A stretch of DNA of 64,000 nucleotides from Camelus ferus (GCF_009834535.1 NC_045697.1:10232001-10296000), one strand, 5' to 3'. Positions 13,826-28,421 are shown, numbered from the stretch's first letter. Notes: a model not told the origin generated them from the letters alone. Program-made: numbers and translations.

Positions 13826-14109
13826 ATGAAGTGTTCAGTATGAGGAAAAGATCTTGAAAAGATGCTATTACAGGGTTAGCAGTGACACTGTTTTGTGTTA
13901 ATAATGTTAACTGGAACTCTAGAGAATGAAGCTGCTATATGTTGTGCTTTAAAACCTTTTCTTTGTTTACTTGAGTAAATGTCCTGCTCCAAAACCTTTC
14001 ATCATTAATTTCTGATCAGTGGGGCCAAATCCGTGAGGCTTTGCTGTTGTCGTGACAGCCCAGCAGCAGAACTGTTGAGCGGTCAGTGTCTGCCCGGCCC
14101 CGTCTGAGT

Positions 14110-14439
14110 CTTTGGAGGTTCACCTCCCCCCAACTTAGGGCGTCTGCCCTTGTTCCTTCTGCTGAGGATGCTCGTTCTCAAGACCCCGACGTGCCTCACT
14201 TCCTCACTGTCTTCAGGCCCTTATTCAAAAGTGACCTCTCACGGAGCCTTCCCTGGCCACCCCACCTACAAGTTCAGCCGCACCCCAGCACACATGTTCT
14301 ATACCCTTCCTGAATTTGTTTCTCTTGTACTTATCACCCTCTAGCATACTGCTCATTTCTCTTATTTATCTTGTTTGTAACTTGTCTCCCCTACTTGAAT
14401 GCAAACTCATGAGACAGGGATTCCTGTCGGTTTTGTTTC

Positions 14440-14470
<31 letters not shown>

Positions 14471-14704
14471 TCTTTTGGTGGGGGAGGGAGCTAATTAGGT
14501 TTATTTATTTTTGGACAAGGTACTGGGGATGGAACCCAGGACCTCATGCATGCTAAGCACACACTTTACCACTTGAGCTATACCCTCCCCCCCAAGTTTT
14601 GTTTCTTTACTCCTGTCTTCAGTGACTAGAATGATGCCTGGTATGAAGTAGGAGCTCAAATAAGCATCTACTAAATGAATGAATGAATGAATGAATGAAT
14701 GAAT
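14110..14704 (+). mobile_element. L2 3' end with (GAAT)n tail, split by a SINE
   Basis: gaatgcaaactcatgagacaggga...cctggtatgaagtaggagctcaaataa...(gaat)n. Confidence 0.75.
14443..14593 (-). mobile_element. tRNA-derived SINE (Vic-1-like)
   Basis: Reverse A/B-box head; perfect 13-bp TSD gttttgtttcttt at 14430-14442 and 14596-14608. Confidence 0.9.
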
Positions 14705-14714
14705 AATATCTTCA

Positions 14715-14860
14715 CCATAATCCTTTAGGGTCCACTACTATTATCCCTATTTTATGCATAAAGAAACTAAGGTTCAGAGAAGCTAAGTAATTTGTCTGCA
14801 GTCACACAGCTGTTAAGTGGCAGGGCCAGAATATATACACAAATGGTCCCACTCCAGTGT
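14715..14860 (-). mobile_element. MIR SINE (one of many; others near 10050, 13400, 24750, 25500, 26800, 30800, 33000, 44500, 47500, 52500, 54950, 58450)
   Basis: MIR core attttatgcataaagaaactaaggttcagagaagctaagtaatttg. Confidence 0.75.
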
Positions 14861-15067
14861 TTATCATTCATCATAATGTCTACACTCTGCTGTCAGAGAG
14901 AGAGCCACACAGTCAGCTGTGAGCGCCACCACCTGAAGAAGTTCAGTGATGTTACTGGAGTTGTGTGTTCCATCCCCACCCCTCCACCCACTCGTTCCTT
15001 TTGTCTGCCGTCTGCTTTCTCACCAGTGCTGGGCTCACTCCCTCTTCCTAACCAACATCCTGTATAA

Positions 15068-15232
<165 letters not shown>

Positions 15233-16434
15233 TAATGTGTGGCTAGAATAAACTGGTGAGTGGTGTCAGCATTGGTGTTAACGCTATACAGTGGGAAAAA
15301 AAATGCTTGCAATATCACATTCTTTCCTTTTATTGTCATGTGCCAGCATTTTCAGGGTTTTTTTTTTAATTGTTCTTAAGGTAAAAAAGTAAAATAGTAA
15401 TATCCTAACAAATACTGATGTTTATCAGCGTCAGATACAGTGACAAGCACTTTATTTCATCTTCGCCAAGGAGTCTGTGCTGTATTCTTTCCCCCGTTTC
15501 GCAGATGGGGATAGCGCATGGCACACTTGTATGTATCTGGTCCTCAGCAGAGCTTCACTGTGAGTGATGTTGGTGTGAAAACTTCTGGTTATATGAACGC
15601 CCCTATTCTCAGTCCCCTTCCTTGATGGCTAGCCCTAGGTTTCTGCTCGGAACAGCAGAAAGGGACTCGGGGCCTCAGCAGTTCACCCCAGGCAGGCCCC
15701 GCTCTCGGCAGTTGATCTGTCCAGACTGTGGAGCCAGGTGGCGTGGGTTCGAGTCTTGCTTCTGTCCTTCCCCAGTAGGTGTGTCTTGAATGGACCATCC
15801 TACCATTGCAGGCTCAGTTGCCTCCATAAAATAAAAGGACTTATCTCGATCATCAAGAAGACATTGTCATTTTCAACACGTGGAAAACCCAAATGGGGTT
15901 TATTTTGTTCCCTTTACTCCCTCTCCAACCAAATGCAAACACCTGTGTCCATGTGATAAAAACAGCCAAGGACCTTCTCAGCCAGGAGACTGGCCGCGTT
16001 TCCAGTGGAGGCGTGTTTTTGCCTTTGAGTGTAAGCCTTTTGCATTCGTTGCATTGAGTTGCACGCTGGGGAAATTTGCTGGGGATTAAAGCTTCAGCTC
16101 CTCAGGAGAGGAGGAAAAACGGCGTGAGCGACAGGAGATGCAGCACTGTTCGTAAAGCCCAGCCCGGCCGTGGTGACCACTCTGGCCCCTCGGAATTCAG
16201 TCGTGTCCAAAGTTGGTGCTTAAGTTAGTTGCATAAGTGTTTATTTTTTTCTCTTTTATTGTAGCCTCGGCGATAAGTGGTCCCCAGCTGTCTGGGAAAG
16301 GAGGCCTTCAGGGCGTCCTGCACCAGTTGCAGCGGCTCCTTTCCTTGGCCTGGATCCAGGAACTCGGGACACTTTCAAGCACTGGGCAGAGTTGCAGGAA
16401 TGGGTCACATTTGCACTCCTTCCATTTATGCCTC

Positions 16435-17495
16435 TTTTTTTCCAGTTTTATTGAGATATAACTGACACATAACATTGTATACATTTAAGGTATACAACGT
16501 AGTGATTTGATATTTATACATATTGCAAAATGATTATCACAGTAAGTTTAGTTAACATCCATCACCACATAGTTACAGGCTTTTTTCCTTGTGATGAGAA
16601 ATGTTAAGATCTACCGTCTTAGTCATTTACAAGTATACAATATGGCGTTAGTAACTATAGTCACCATGCTGTACATTAGATTCCCAGGACTTGCTCATCT
16701 TAGAATTGGAAGTTCGTCCTCTTGACTCCCTTCGTTCATGTCTCCACCCTGCCTCCACCTCTGGCTCCACCAATCAGTTCTCTGTTTCTATGAGTTTGGT
16801 TTCTTTTAGATTCCACATGTAAGTGAGATCCTCTCACTTCGCATAATGCCCTCAAGGTCCATCCATGTTGTTGCAAATGGCAGGATTTCCTTCTTTTATG
16901 ACTGAATAATACTCTGTTGTATATATCTACACCACATTTTCTTTATTCATTCATCCATCGATGGACATGTAGGTTATTTCCACATCTCGGTTATTGTAAA
17001 TAATGCTGCAGTAAACATGGGGGTGCAGAAATCTCTTCTGGATACTGATTTTGTTTCCTTTTGATATTTACCAAGAAGTGGGATTGCTGGGTCATTCAAG
17101 TAGTTTCACTTTCAATTTCTTGAGGACCCTCCGTACTGTTTTTCACGGTGGCTGTGCCCATTTACATTCCCCGCAAGAGCACACATCCTAGTTTCCACAT
17201 CCTTGCCAGCATTACTACCACTTGTCTTTTTGATGAGAGCCATTCTGAGACGTGTGAGGTGACACTTCATTGGGTTTTGATTTGCATTTCCCTGGTGATC
17301 AGTGATGTGGAGCATACTTCATGTGTCTGTTGGCCATTTGTATGTCTTCTTTGGAACAATGTCTATTCAGATCCTTTGCCCATTTTTTAACTAGATTCTT
17401 TGTTTTATGGCCATTGAGTCGTATGAGCTCCTTATATATTTTGGATATTAACCCCTTATCTGATGTGTGCTTTGAAAATATTTTCTCCCACCATT
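16435..17495 (-). mobile_element. LINE-1 (L1MA-type) ORF2 end and 3' UTR
   Basis: Minus-strand [24 protein letters not shown]...[11 protein letters not shown]-rich tail at 16435. Confidence 0.92.
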
Positions 17496-17659
17496 CATAC
17501 TTCTTCATTTTCCTTGTAATATTTAATAGCAACCAACAAGTAAAGAAAAATAGCAGAAGTCCTTCCTTATGATTAGATTTTCTCTCCTAGAGAGTAGCCT
17601 CCTTAAGCAGTGCTGTCCCTGGGATTTTGGGGTCCTGACAACAAATTGCTCTGTGATGA

Positions 17660-17950
<291 letters not shown>

Positions 17951-19764
17951 TAAGAACGTGAGTGCCGGGTTGAGTGACAGGTTTAAATTCTAGCCCTGTG
18001 CTCAGCTGGATGTGCAGGCACTCGTGCTTCTGAGCCCGGTGACGCCCCCACGGTGTTGCCAGGAGGAAGTGAGCTGCTGCAGGTCAGCCCTGAGCTGAGC
18101 ACACGATCAGCGTGCGGTCAGTGTTAGCTCTTATTGTTGCTCTTACCTCTAACATCTGTGAAAGCCCTAAAGAAAGGTTTCACTTTGCCCTTTCTCTAAT
18201 CTGGCCCCAGACACTCAGAGTTCCCTGCTCCAGGTCACACAGCTGGTAAGGACTCAGATCCAAGTCGAGGTGACTTCAGGGCACGTGTTCTTTCCATCCC
18301 ATCTTGAAGGACTGATGGGGCAGTTTAAGAAACAGGGATTTTGTTTGTTTTCTTGTTGGATGATTAATTAGATTATCATTTAGGTTTCATTTAAGTATTC
18401 CTGAGATAAACTATTTGTATCTATCATAACATTCTAAATTCTTTCTTCGGTGAATTTACAAATAAAATGGAACATTAGTCAGTAAATGATTTCTCTTGGT
18501 ATCAAGTACAATTGTTTTTACTCCCAAGTTCAAAATTTCCACAGAAACATAATAAACACGCAGATGACCCAGAAAGTGACCATAGCAACACATCTAAGAT
18601 CACGTTTATTGGTGTGAGTTCGTCAGTAAGGTAACTATAACGGGGTGGAATTTTTCACTTCTCCCCTAGCGATTCTAAGATAAGTCCCAAAGCAAGCTTT
18701 GGTTTATTCTGACTTTTGTGTTTATAAATTCTCCTTCCAACATACTTCACAGTGCAGATAACAGAAATATTAGAAAGAACAGGCCATATTACCTGAAGTA
18801 TAGCCTCTTCTATGTAAAGTTTTCAAATTATGTTTCAATTACTACCTTCAAACTGGTAGCGTTATATATAGGACACGTGTCACTTTCGTTTTTTTCTTTT
18901 CGACTCTTTGCCTTCTCATAGAAGGACCAAAAACTCAGGGACTGCCTTCCTGCCTGGCCTCGTTTCATGAACCAGGGTTTTCACAGCAGGAACGCCTTTC
19001 CCATCACAAAGCCCCAGCAAATCTCTGCTCCCTGATTTTCCCTCTGCCTGGGAGGAGGTTGCAGCTGGCAGAGCACCCGGGCCGTGGGTGGGGGAGCAAG
19101 CAGACACCCGGGCGGCATGCAGCCCACACTTGCACATCCCCAGCGTGGCACTGAAGCCGTCCTCTCTGGACCAGGGCACAGGGGCACTGGAGGTTGGCGC
19201 CAAGATCCATCTCTGGCTCGCTTTTCCCAATGACCAAGGCCATGAGGTGCTGTTCGGGGCAGGAGAACATGGCCGTGGAGCCAAGTAATGTGGATCAGCT
19301 GACAGTGGGGCCTTTATCTACATTTATGCATAAATATATTCAGAAAGTGCTTGTCAAAAATAGTTTAAAATATTTTTTAAATGTTAAAATATAAAAAATA
19401 TTAAAATATTTTACAGATATATGTACAATACATATATTAGATTTTATAGACGCTATGTATGTGAGTAATCTTATTTGCAGTAGGCACTTGGTAATACACT
19501 GATGTAAATCTCTCATTTTTCAGTCTGTATATTTTCATAACACCTACTAGGGGAGCATGAGTACCAAAAATAAACCTTACAGTTTTCATTTCTTTGACCC
19601 ATGGTACTTTTTATAGCTACTAAATGAATAGAACAGTGCCTGCCCCATCTTGTAATGTATTTCAGTGTATTTTCTCTTTAAACAAAATGCTGGAAGTTTC
19701 AGGTCTCCCAGCCTAAAACCCCATTAAACGTCATTCCCAGCAGCTGAGCCACGAGTCTCCTTGA

Positions 19765-20175
<411 letters not shown>

Positions 20176-20717
20176 TGAATCCAATGTTTAAATAATCTTT
20201 GTCTCAGTATAACGACACATAAACTAGGGAAAAATTAGAGTGTTAGGGTTGAAAAATATCTCAAGTGGTACTGAAGCCATCCACTTGAGGCTTTTTGCCT
20301 GGCTGAACTGCCATTAATGTGACAAATTATCCTGCCTTCGTCAGGAATTCAATGCCTTTTTAATCCAACAAGTATTTACTAAGCACAAAGCGCAGTGGTA
20401 AGCACTGTAGGGAAAACAGATGGGTAGGATCTGAGCAGCGTTGGGGTGGGTGGGCCTGGAAGGAAGTGGGGCACGGGGCTGACACCCCGCACCGGCAGCA
20501 GGGTGCACTGAGGCTGGGCGGAGGAGGACTCATGGTGGGTGTGAGGCAGGGAGCCCTTGAGGAGTTACAGGTAAGAGGTCCGTGTAGGTGGGGCAGGCGA
20601 GAGAAAGCCAGCGTTTGTTTGATGAGGTAAGTGGAGAGCCATTAGAAACTGACACCAGTATGGTTTTTCATGCAGAAACTATTCTTGGGAAACATTTTTG
20701 GTAACTTGGTTCCTCTT

Positions 20718-21235
20718 TGTATCAGTTTGGATTTGTGATTATAAATGATAAAAACCCAGTTTGAACCAGCTCACAGACCAAGGGGAGTTTACTGGATGAT
20801 GAAATCACAGAGTAGGTTGAACAGCTAAGACGTGTGAACGACAGGGGCTCTTCTCCGCCTCAAGGACACCTAGTCCAGGGCCTGACTATTGCCCGGCCCC
20901 TTCTCCGCCCTGTCTGGGCTTCCCTTGGTACGGTGGCTTCATCTCCCCCATCGCAGACAGATTTCTCCCCTTGGCTACACGGTCACCGGTATCACCCAAG
21001 TTCACATCTAGTAGCTTCAGCCAGGCAGAGAAATGCGTCCTGTTGTCCCAAGTTTAAACATCTTGTGGACGGCTCTTGAGCCACGAAGCCTGGTCAGGGA
21101 CCACCCTGGGCATTCAGCTGTGACCAGAGACGCATTAAAGGAGAAATAGCAGCTCCCTGGGGCCCACGTGGAATTTAATTGATAGGAAAAGAGTGGAAAG
21201 TTCAGTGGCCTAATAAAAGCCCAAAGCACCCACTA
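20718..21235 (-). mobile_element. Old MaLR LTR (MLT1K/L-like)
   Basis: tgtatcagtttggatttgtgattataaatgataaaaaccca...tttactggat, the usual old-MLT1 end. Confidence 0.55.
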
Positions 21236-21674
21236 CTCTCCTCCAAGTAGGTGACCCGAGTCAGCTGCAGCCAAATGCTATTTACTATTTTTGTAATTGC
21301 TTTACTTTAAGTAGAAAAGGCAAAACTTAAGCAGGGGCTTTAGTGAAGTTGCTTGGGTGAGCTGAGCATCATGAACAACAGCGACTCTCTCTGCTATCTC
21401 TGTGGCCTCTGTTTCTTTCCACATGAACATTTTCACTTGCAATTACATATTTCTCTTCTACTTATAAGGCAGTTTAATCAACTGACTCCAAATCCTGGAT
21501 ATTACATCAAAGATCAATTCTGAACCAAAAGTTCAGAGGGAAATGGAAGGAACATTTAGAACCATAGTTTGCGACTTAACCCACATGTGATAAATAATTC
21601 TCCAATCTCCAGAAGGGAATGAGAGAGGACTAGTATTTCAAAACCATCAAAGTATTGCTTCCTTTTAATTTCAG

Positions 21675-21767
21675 GACTATGAGAAACGGTTACAGGACAG
21701 AAACGTAATTGAAACCAAGGACCACATAGATATCAATAGGGCCACAGTAGCCAAGTACTTCCAGCAG
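21675..21767 (+). CDS. CC2D2A: CC2D2A coding exon ~23 (93 nt)
   Basis: ttcag|GAC TAT ... CAG CAG|gtaagg; [31 protein letters not shown]. Confidence 0.95.
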
Positions 21768-21904
21768 GTAAGGAAAATCATTTTAAACAGTCCTCCTAGG
21801 GGAAAAACAGCCAGCATCCTAAGGCTGGAGGAGGGAGGTCTCTATTCTTTTATTTTCTCGTAATTGCAGATATGAAATTGATTAACAGCTATCTTCATCT
21901 TTTG

Positions 21905-22035
21905 AACATGGTTACTTGGTTCTTCTTTGTATTAGTTTGGACTTGTGATTATAAGTGATAAAAACCCAATGTGAACTAGCTTGGCACCAAGGGGAGTGTA
22001 TTGGATGATGAAACACTGAAAACACTAAGATATGT
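21905..22035 (+). repeat. Second copy of a local direct duplication of 20691-20835
   Basis: acttggttc(c/t)tctttgtat(c/t)agtttgga(t/c)ttgtgattataa(a/g)tgataaaaaccca...ccaaggggagt...tggatgatgaaa shared by both copies. Confidence 0.9.
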
Positions 22036-22713
22036 CTCAGTTCATTACCAGTGGTTATCTTAAGAGGGGTATGATTACAAGGGACTCGCATTCTAAGTCA
22101 TGATTTTTTTAAATATTTGCATGTTTGCATCTTATTACCTTTGTAATTAAAAAAAAGTTTTATAAACCACATACTAACTGTCCTGCACTAGAAAGTCAAA
22201 ATATCCCTTTTTCCTTCCTTCCTGTAATAAATTTAACTTATAAGAAATGCTACAGTGACTACTGTTCATTTCCCCCATCCAGTTCATCTACCCTGTACCT
22301 CGTGTGAAAAACCGATTTATGACATTTAAGAGGCCCTCTCTTTAAAGGATAATCAGGTAGTAAGTCGGTCTGAGTAGGGGAAGAACTTAAGAATCACTTC
22401 TTGAAATGTGTGTGCTTCGAGACTGGTCCTGTTTTTTGTAATTGTTAATTCATTCATTCAGCTAAATTTTACCATCTTATCTGCCAGGAACTTTTCCAGG
22501 TCCTGAGAATGTAGCAGTGAACAAAACAGAAACCCTGTGTCTCAGGGAGCTCATGGTAGTGAGGAAAGCTGGATGCTCTGCGGGAGGAAACGGTCAGAGC
22601 TGTGGAGAAAAGTGAAGGGGGGCTGGGCAGTGACACCGAGGTGACATCAGAGCAGTGAGCTGAGAAGTTCATAGAACAAGAACATTTTAAATAAAATGTA
22701 TTTCTTTCCTCAG

Positions 22714-22805
22714 GTTAGGGACTCAGTGATAAATCGCTTCCTTGTTGCAAAACACCATTTTCTTCTTTCGGATTTGATAGTAGAGGAAGAAGTTCCCAAT
22801 ATCAG
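22714..22805 (+). CDS. CC2D2A: CC2D2A coding exon ~24 (92 nt)
   Basis: ctcag|GTT AGG GAC ... ATC AG|gtaaaa; [30 protein letters not shown]. Confidence 0.95.
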
Positions 22806-23773
22806 GTAAAAAAACCTTTTCTCATTTCTTATAAAAATTATTTGTATTTTATTGTATGAAAAGTTTCATGTAAATATAAGATTTATATCAGTGTCTGGTG
22901 TGCATTTGGGCCCCTAATAATACTGGAAACTGGTAAAACCTGATTAAGGCTTAATGGTACCTTAGTGGGGAGGTTTCTGTTAGAACAAGTCATACAAGAT
23001 GCTCTCCATCACATTCCAGTGGACCCCATCTCACCTCCCATGACCTCCAAGTCAACTTCCCCAGCCTTGTCCATTTTCTCGTTCCAATCAAATGAAGTTC
23101 CCCTCCAGCACATCCTCCTCCAGCCTTCATCATCTCCCAACGCCGGGCCCTGCTTTACGCTCCCAGCACAGGGCAGTGGGGTGGCTGAGCACCAGCCCCC
23201 TAAGGCTCTAGGCGGCAGGGCGAGGCCAGGCTCCAGCACCACAGCCAGGAGGCACACAGCTGCTGTGTGTCTGGTGAGGGGCAAGGGCAGCAGGGAATAA
23301 TGGATATTTACATAGAAAATGCATTTGCTTGATTGTCTCCCTATCATTTAGAATAATCCTCAAATGGTCTCAACTCGGGGTGGATGCGTGAAAGATGAGA
23401 GAGAACTTTCTCTGTCGGTGGGCTTGCGCAGTCCATTAACTTCATGACCTTCCTGTGATTGAACCTCTTGGTCTCCTAAAAAAAGGTCATTTCCTGTGCA
23501 TGTACTTTTACCCACCATCAAGTTGGCAAGGAGACAAAAAACTGTGCTGTCACGGCAGCCCCTTTCTTTGCCTCCATCCTCACACAGAAGGGAGGCTGTG
23601 CCCACATAACTTCATGCAAACTGTCTCTCTCTCTCTTCCAGGCCCAGAGTCCTGTCATTGAATGTTTTTTTCAGCCATGATAATTACACGTTAGAATAGA
23701 TGATGATTTTTCATGCTGTTTTTCCATTTCTTTTCTTTCTTTTTCTTTTTTCTGCTTTACTTTCTGCATTAAG

Positions 23774-23788
23774 TTCTGAAGGCTCAGG
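23774..23788 (+). CDS. CC2D2A: Putative alternative 15-nt microexon of CC2D2A (inserts SEGSG)
   Basis: ~50-nt polypyrimidine tract, ttaag|TTCTGAAGGCTCAGG|gtatgt; phase 2-2 fits the flanking exons; no stop. Confidence 0.78.
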
Positions 23789-24064
23789 GTATGTTCTTTC
23801 TTCTTTTACTTTTGGTTTGTTCTTGACTTTAAATTAAGATGTTGCTGTATTTAATGGTCCCAGCCACCAAGATGCTCTCATGCTGACTGCTGTGGGGCAG
23901 CAAAGTCTATGAGAGGAGGCGCCTCTTGGGGAGGGCGGAAGTATTGAGAAAAGATGGAATGTGTCATATTATGACCCCGGGGCAAAGATTTCTCTCTGAG
24001 GTCCCCACGTTTGGCTTAGGGAGGTGTCCTGGCAGAGAAATTCAGAAGATGGACTTTAATTTGT

Positions 24065-24520
24065 GACAACATGGCTTTATGTTAAGTGAAGTGAGTCAGT
24101 CTGAGAAAGACAAATACTATGTGATCTCACTTATAGGTGGAACCTAAAAAAACCAAACTAATAAGAACAGAGACTAATAGTGATCACCAGGGGCTGGGGA
24201 CAGGGAAATGGGGAGATGTGGTTTAAGGGTACAAACCTGCAACCAGGAGCTAAGTCAGTCCTGGAGATCAAATAAACAGCATAGTGATTATCGTCAACAA
24301 TGCTACTTCAAAGTTACTAAGAGTTACTAGCTCTTACAAAGTCACTAGATCTTAATTGTTCTCACCACAAAAAAGAAATGATAATTAGGCGAAGTGATAG
24401 AGATGTTGGCTCATGCTGCAGTGGTGATCATATTGCAATAATAAATGTATCAAACCAGCACATTGTACACCTTAAACCTACACAGTGTTGTATGTGAATT
24501 ATATCTCAATTAAAATTTTA
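24065..24520 (+). mobile_element. L1MA9-like 3' UTR
   Basis: tatgttaagtgaagtgagtcag...gagaaagacaaatact...ttgtacaccttaaacctacacagtgttgtatg. Confidence 0.85.
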
Positions 24521-25818
24521 AAATGTACAATAAGTCAAAAAAAGAGTTGCAAAGATGTCAAACAATGTTACTCTTCCCTTGCTCTTTGTTTTGCAAAAGA
24601 TAGTTATTTTTCATACTTTTACATTATGTTAATATGTAATGGGCTTATTCTTGTCTTAAATGAGTTCATAAATAAATATATGTAAATATTTTTCAAAAGG
24701 AGAAGAAGCTGGGCTGTGAAGTTAGGGTGATCTGGTTTTGAACCCCAGCCCTCTCTCCTCCTATATAGGAGCCTCCAGCAAATTCCATCACCTCTCAGAG
24801 CCTCCAGTTTCTTCATATGAAAAATGGGGTTAATATACTTGTAAGGATTAGAACTATTTTATGTAAGGCACCTAGCACTCTGCTTGAATCAGAGAAAGTG
24901 CTGGTAAATGGTAGCCACTCCATGCCCTGTGGGACAGGAGACCCTGGGGAGCAAACAACCCCTGGAAGTGCCTTGGGAGCCAGTATCCCCCCAGCAGGCA
25001 CCTGCCTCTTGCGAAGAAGGACCCAGTCCTGCAGTCCAGCTCTGATACTCCTGGGGGGCAGACAAGCGTGAGCGTTGCCAGCCTGAGGCCAGCTTGGCAC
25101 AGCTGGCTCTGTTCCGTGGCTGCTGGGCATTGTCATTAATGTCAGCTTCCTGATACAATGTCCCATCTGTGTTTCTGTTTAGTCTCTGGGGCAGAATTAA
25201 ATTATTTGCTCCATGACCCTTTCCCCCAGGTTCACTGACTGCATTGCTTTCATCTTCCGGGAAGTGTTGATGGATATCATCTCAGTGAGAGGCAGAAAGA
25301 CATGCTCCCTCGCTCCTCCTCCCCCACCTTCCCGCATCTCCATCCCTTCCTTTCTCCGGCATAATCACTGGCATCATAATCATTGTCATCATCCCAGCAG
25401 TCATCATTTTAGGGCATCTCCTAATGCTAGACTAGTGCCCGGGGGCTTTGTACACACCTTCTCACTACGTCCTCTCCACAACCCCGAGAGGTAGGTATTA
25501 TTATCCCCATTTTACAGATGATGAAACAGAGACTTAAAGAGGTGCAGCAGTTTGCCCAAGGTGAGCAGGATTCATACCGAGTTTTGTCTAACTCCAGAGA
25601 GCCAATCCCAGGAGGCTCCCCAGGAGGCGGTAACCTCAGGGCTCTGTGAATGGACAGGCTGAGAAATGCCCCGGGGGCCCAGGAGAGGGAGAATTTCTTG
25701 ACAATTTCCACCCTCTTTAAAAAGACAAAGAGTTTTTCAGGGGCCTGTGAGGGACCCTGGGGCAGACTTTGGGAAATGGTCTTGACTCTCCAGATCTTTC
25801 TTTTCCCTAGAGTCTTAA

Positions 25819-26007
<189 letters not shown>

Positions 26008-28421
26008 TGAGAGCCCTCTGCACACGCCGGGATGGGATGTGCAGGATCCCACCCCTTTACAGCTTGTTCACTCTTGTCTTGAACATAGTTGTTATCCTGT
26101 GGAGGCCGAGGGCAGGGTGGTGGGGGGTCTTGATGAAGGCAGGGCCCGACTGGTTGCAAGTAACAGAACCACCTCAGCCAATTGAAGGTAAAGGGGGGAT
26201 TTACTGGGAATCTCTCAGAGAACTCAAGGCCAAGAGGTACAGCTAAACTGCACAGTGGACTATAAGGGTTAAGATGGTTTCTTCAGAGGCCCCACTGTCT
26301 TGCTCACCAGCTTCCTTCTATGTGTGATGGGAGTGGGCCATCCAGTCAGGGTACCACCCACCAAGGGTTAGCTTCCCAGGAGAGAATCTGAAGGCCCTGA
26401 CTTGGGTCAGGTGTTGATCCATGATCTGGTCACCTAAAGCCAGAGAGGCAGATCACAAGGACCAGTCCTGAAGGTGGGGGACAGTTCTCAGAGAAGTGGG
26501 TGACAGCTGAGCAGACACCCACAGGTGTATAGTCCAGATTCTGAGACATGTGCGATGAGCACAAAAATGTGAGTGACTTCTCCTTTATCTGCTTTATCTG
26601 TACTTCACTACACTGGGACAAGGGGGGCCCCTCAGCCATCAGTAAGGTGAGCAGGTGAGCCTAGGTTTTTTATCCCCTTAGAGAACCGAGATGGAAGGAC
26701 CAGGAATCTCTTCTCTTTGCTCGTGTCCTCTCCAGTGTAACTTGGAAGCTGTCATTCATTACACACTCACAGTGTTCTAGGCACTATGTTAGGTACTTTC
26801 ATGTATGTTATCTCACTTACCTCTCACCGCTAGTACTGTCGCCATTTTACAAAAAGTAAAATGGAAGCGAAGGGAGCGTAAGTGGCTTTGCCCAAGGTCA
26901 TCTAGCTGTCTGATCACAGAAGAGCACAGGTGTAGCCTTTGGCATCTTTCCTTCCTCGGTTCTCCCCTTTAAATTATCCACCCTCACCTCCCATTATTTT
27001 GCCCTACTTTTTTTTTTTTCTGCTAACTAACTTTTCTACCCGTTATAGAACATCTGAGCATCACCAATATTCCCAGAATTTTGTTTCATGTAAATGTCTG
27101 TTTATGCTCCTGAATCTGCATCATAGCATTGCTTCCTTGAGCTTCAGCTCAACCCTTTCATCTTGATTGCATCAAAGCTCAACTGTGGGGTGAAAAGCTG
27201 CTTTTTAAAAGAATACCTAGGTGTTTCTCTTATTTTTGGGCTCTGTGAAGTTTTTTAGGAGGTAAGTCATTTCATTCAAATAATTACAAGGAAGCACAGC
27301 TGATCATGTACGTTATACATTTGAGAGCAGACTCATCAAGATAGCTCAGAGATCAACTCTTGCATTAAACCCACCCTAATCATAACTCTCTCTGCGCTTG
27401 CAACTCAGCTAAACAGGACTTTTCACTCCCTCTCTGTGCTCTTATGGCCCATGCCCATCCCCCTAGTCTAACATACATACTTCCTGCGTATTGTGACTAT
27501 GTACTTATCTAGTCTGAGCTGAAGTGTGTCTTATTTGTCTTTGCAGCCCCAAAGTCTAAAGTCTAACACAGGGCCTAAAGTATAGTAGGTGCTTAACAAC
27601 TGTTTGTGTGATAATGTGACTGATGATGTTCCAAGCAGAAAAGGGTTTTCTCTGGCAGCCATTATGTTAAATGTTCCACTTCCATTGTCTCAGAGTTTGT
27701 CTGAAACCCTTATCTGTGAAAAGGTAAGACAGTCTGGTGGAAAGAGAGAATTTGTACTTTGCCACGTAACGAACATGAAATAAACCACAAAGTTCAGAAC
27801 AAATATGCAAGTGGGTTGTGGGGATGAGGGGTAAAGTGTCTGAGAGAGGCTCTCTACACGTGATCTTCATTTCTTCCTTTAAGAATGGCAGCTCAAAAGG
27901 GAAAGAGAACAAGACCCATAGATCCTAACTCAAGCTAGGGATCCCTGACCATCCTTTCCCAGTGGTGTTTGGCCGGCCCAGAGAGAGATGTCTTACCTGG
28001 GATGTGTAGCTCAAGTCTACAGGAGAATGCTGGTTCAAAGAAAATACAGTGGGAGAGGACCAGAATTCGATGGAGACAGGGCAGACTGGCTAGGAAGCTC
28101 AGAATTCTGCTACCTGAGACAGGGACTGAGGCTCTCAATTACAGGGGCAAAGGCACTCATGAGAGAGCAGAGAGAAGAGGTCTCTTTCCTCTCTTCCAGC
28201 CAGACATGCTGGCCTAGGGATGGGTGTGGGGAAGACTCTATTATCACTAGGTGACTGGGGAGGCCCGGAGCATCGTAGAAGACTGCTGACGAATCAGCAA
28301 GCTTAGAGAGAATGCCAGTCACCATAGCCACCAGCACCATACGCCTTGGGAGAAACTGTCTGCTCAGTATATAATTAGATTTGCCCTGTCATTTATTTCT
28401 TTCATACATTTTCCCTCCTAG

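Noticed and set aside
18630..18645. gtaactataacgg resembling the rDNA I-CeuI site
   Set aside because: Only ~13 nt match and no flanking rRNA similarity; chance
18916..19290. GC-rich patch with several overlapping ORFs
   Set aside because: No homology, splice pattern or clear CpG island; overlapping ORFs are expected at this GC content
19361..19415. AT-only inverted repeat (aatatttttta / taaaaaatatt)
   Set aside because: Low-complexity sequence; expected by chance
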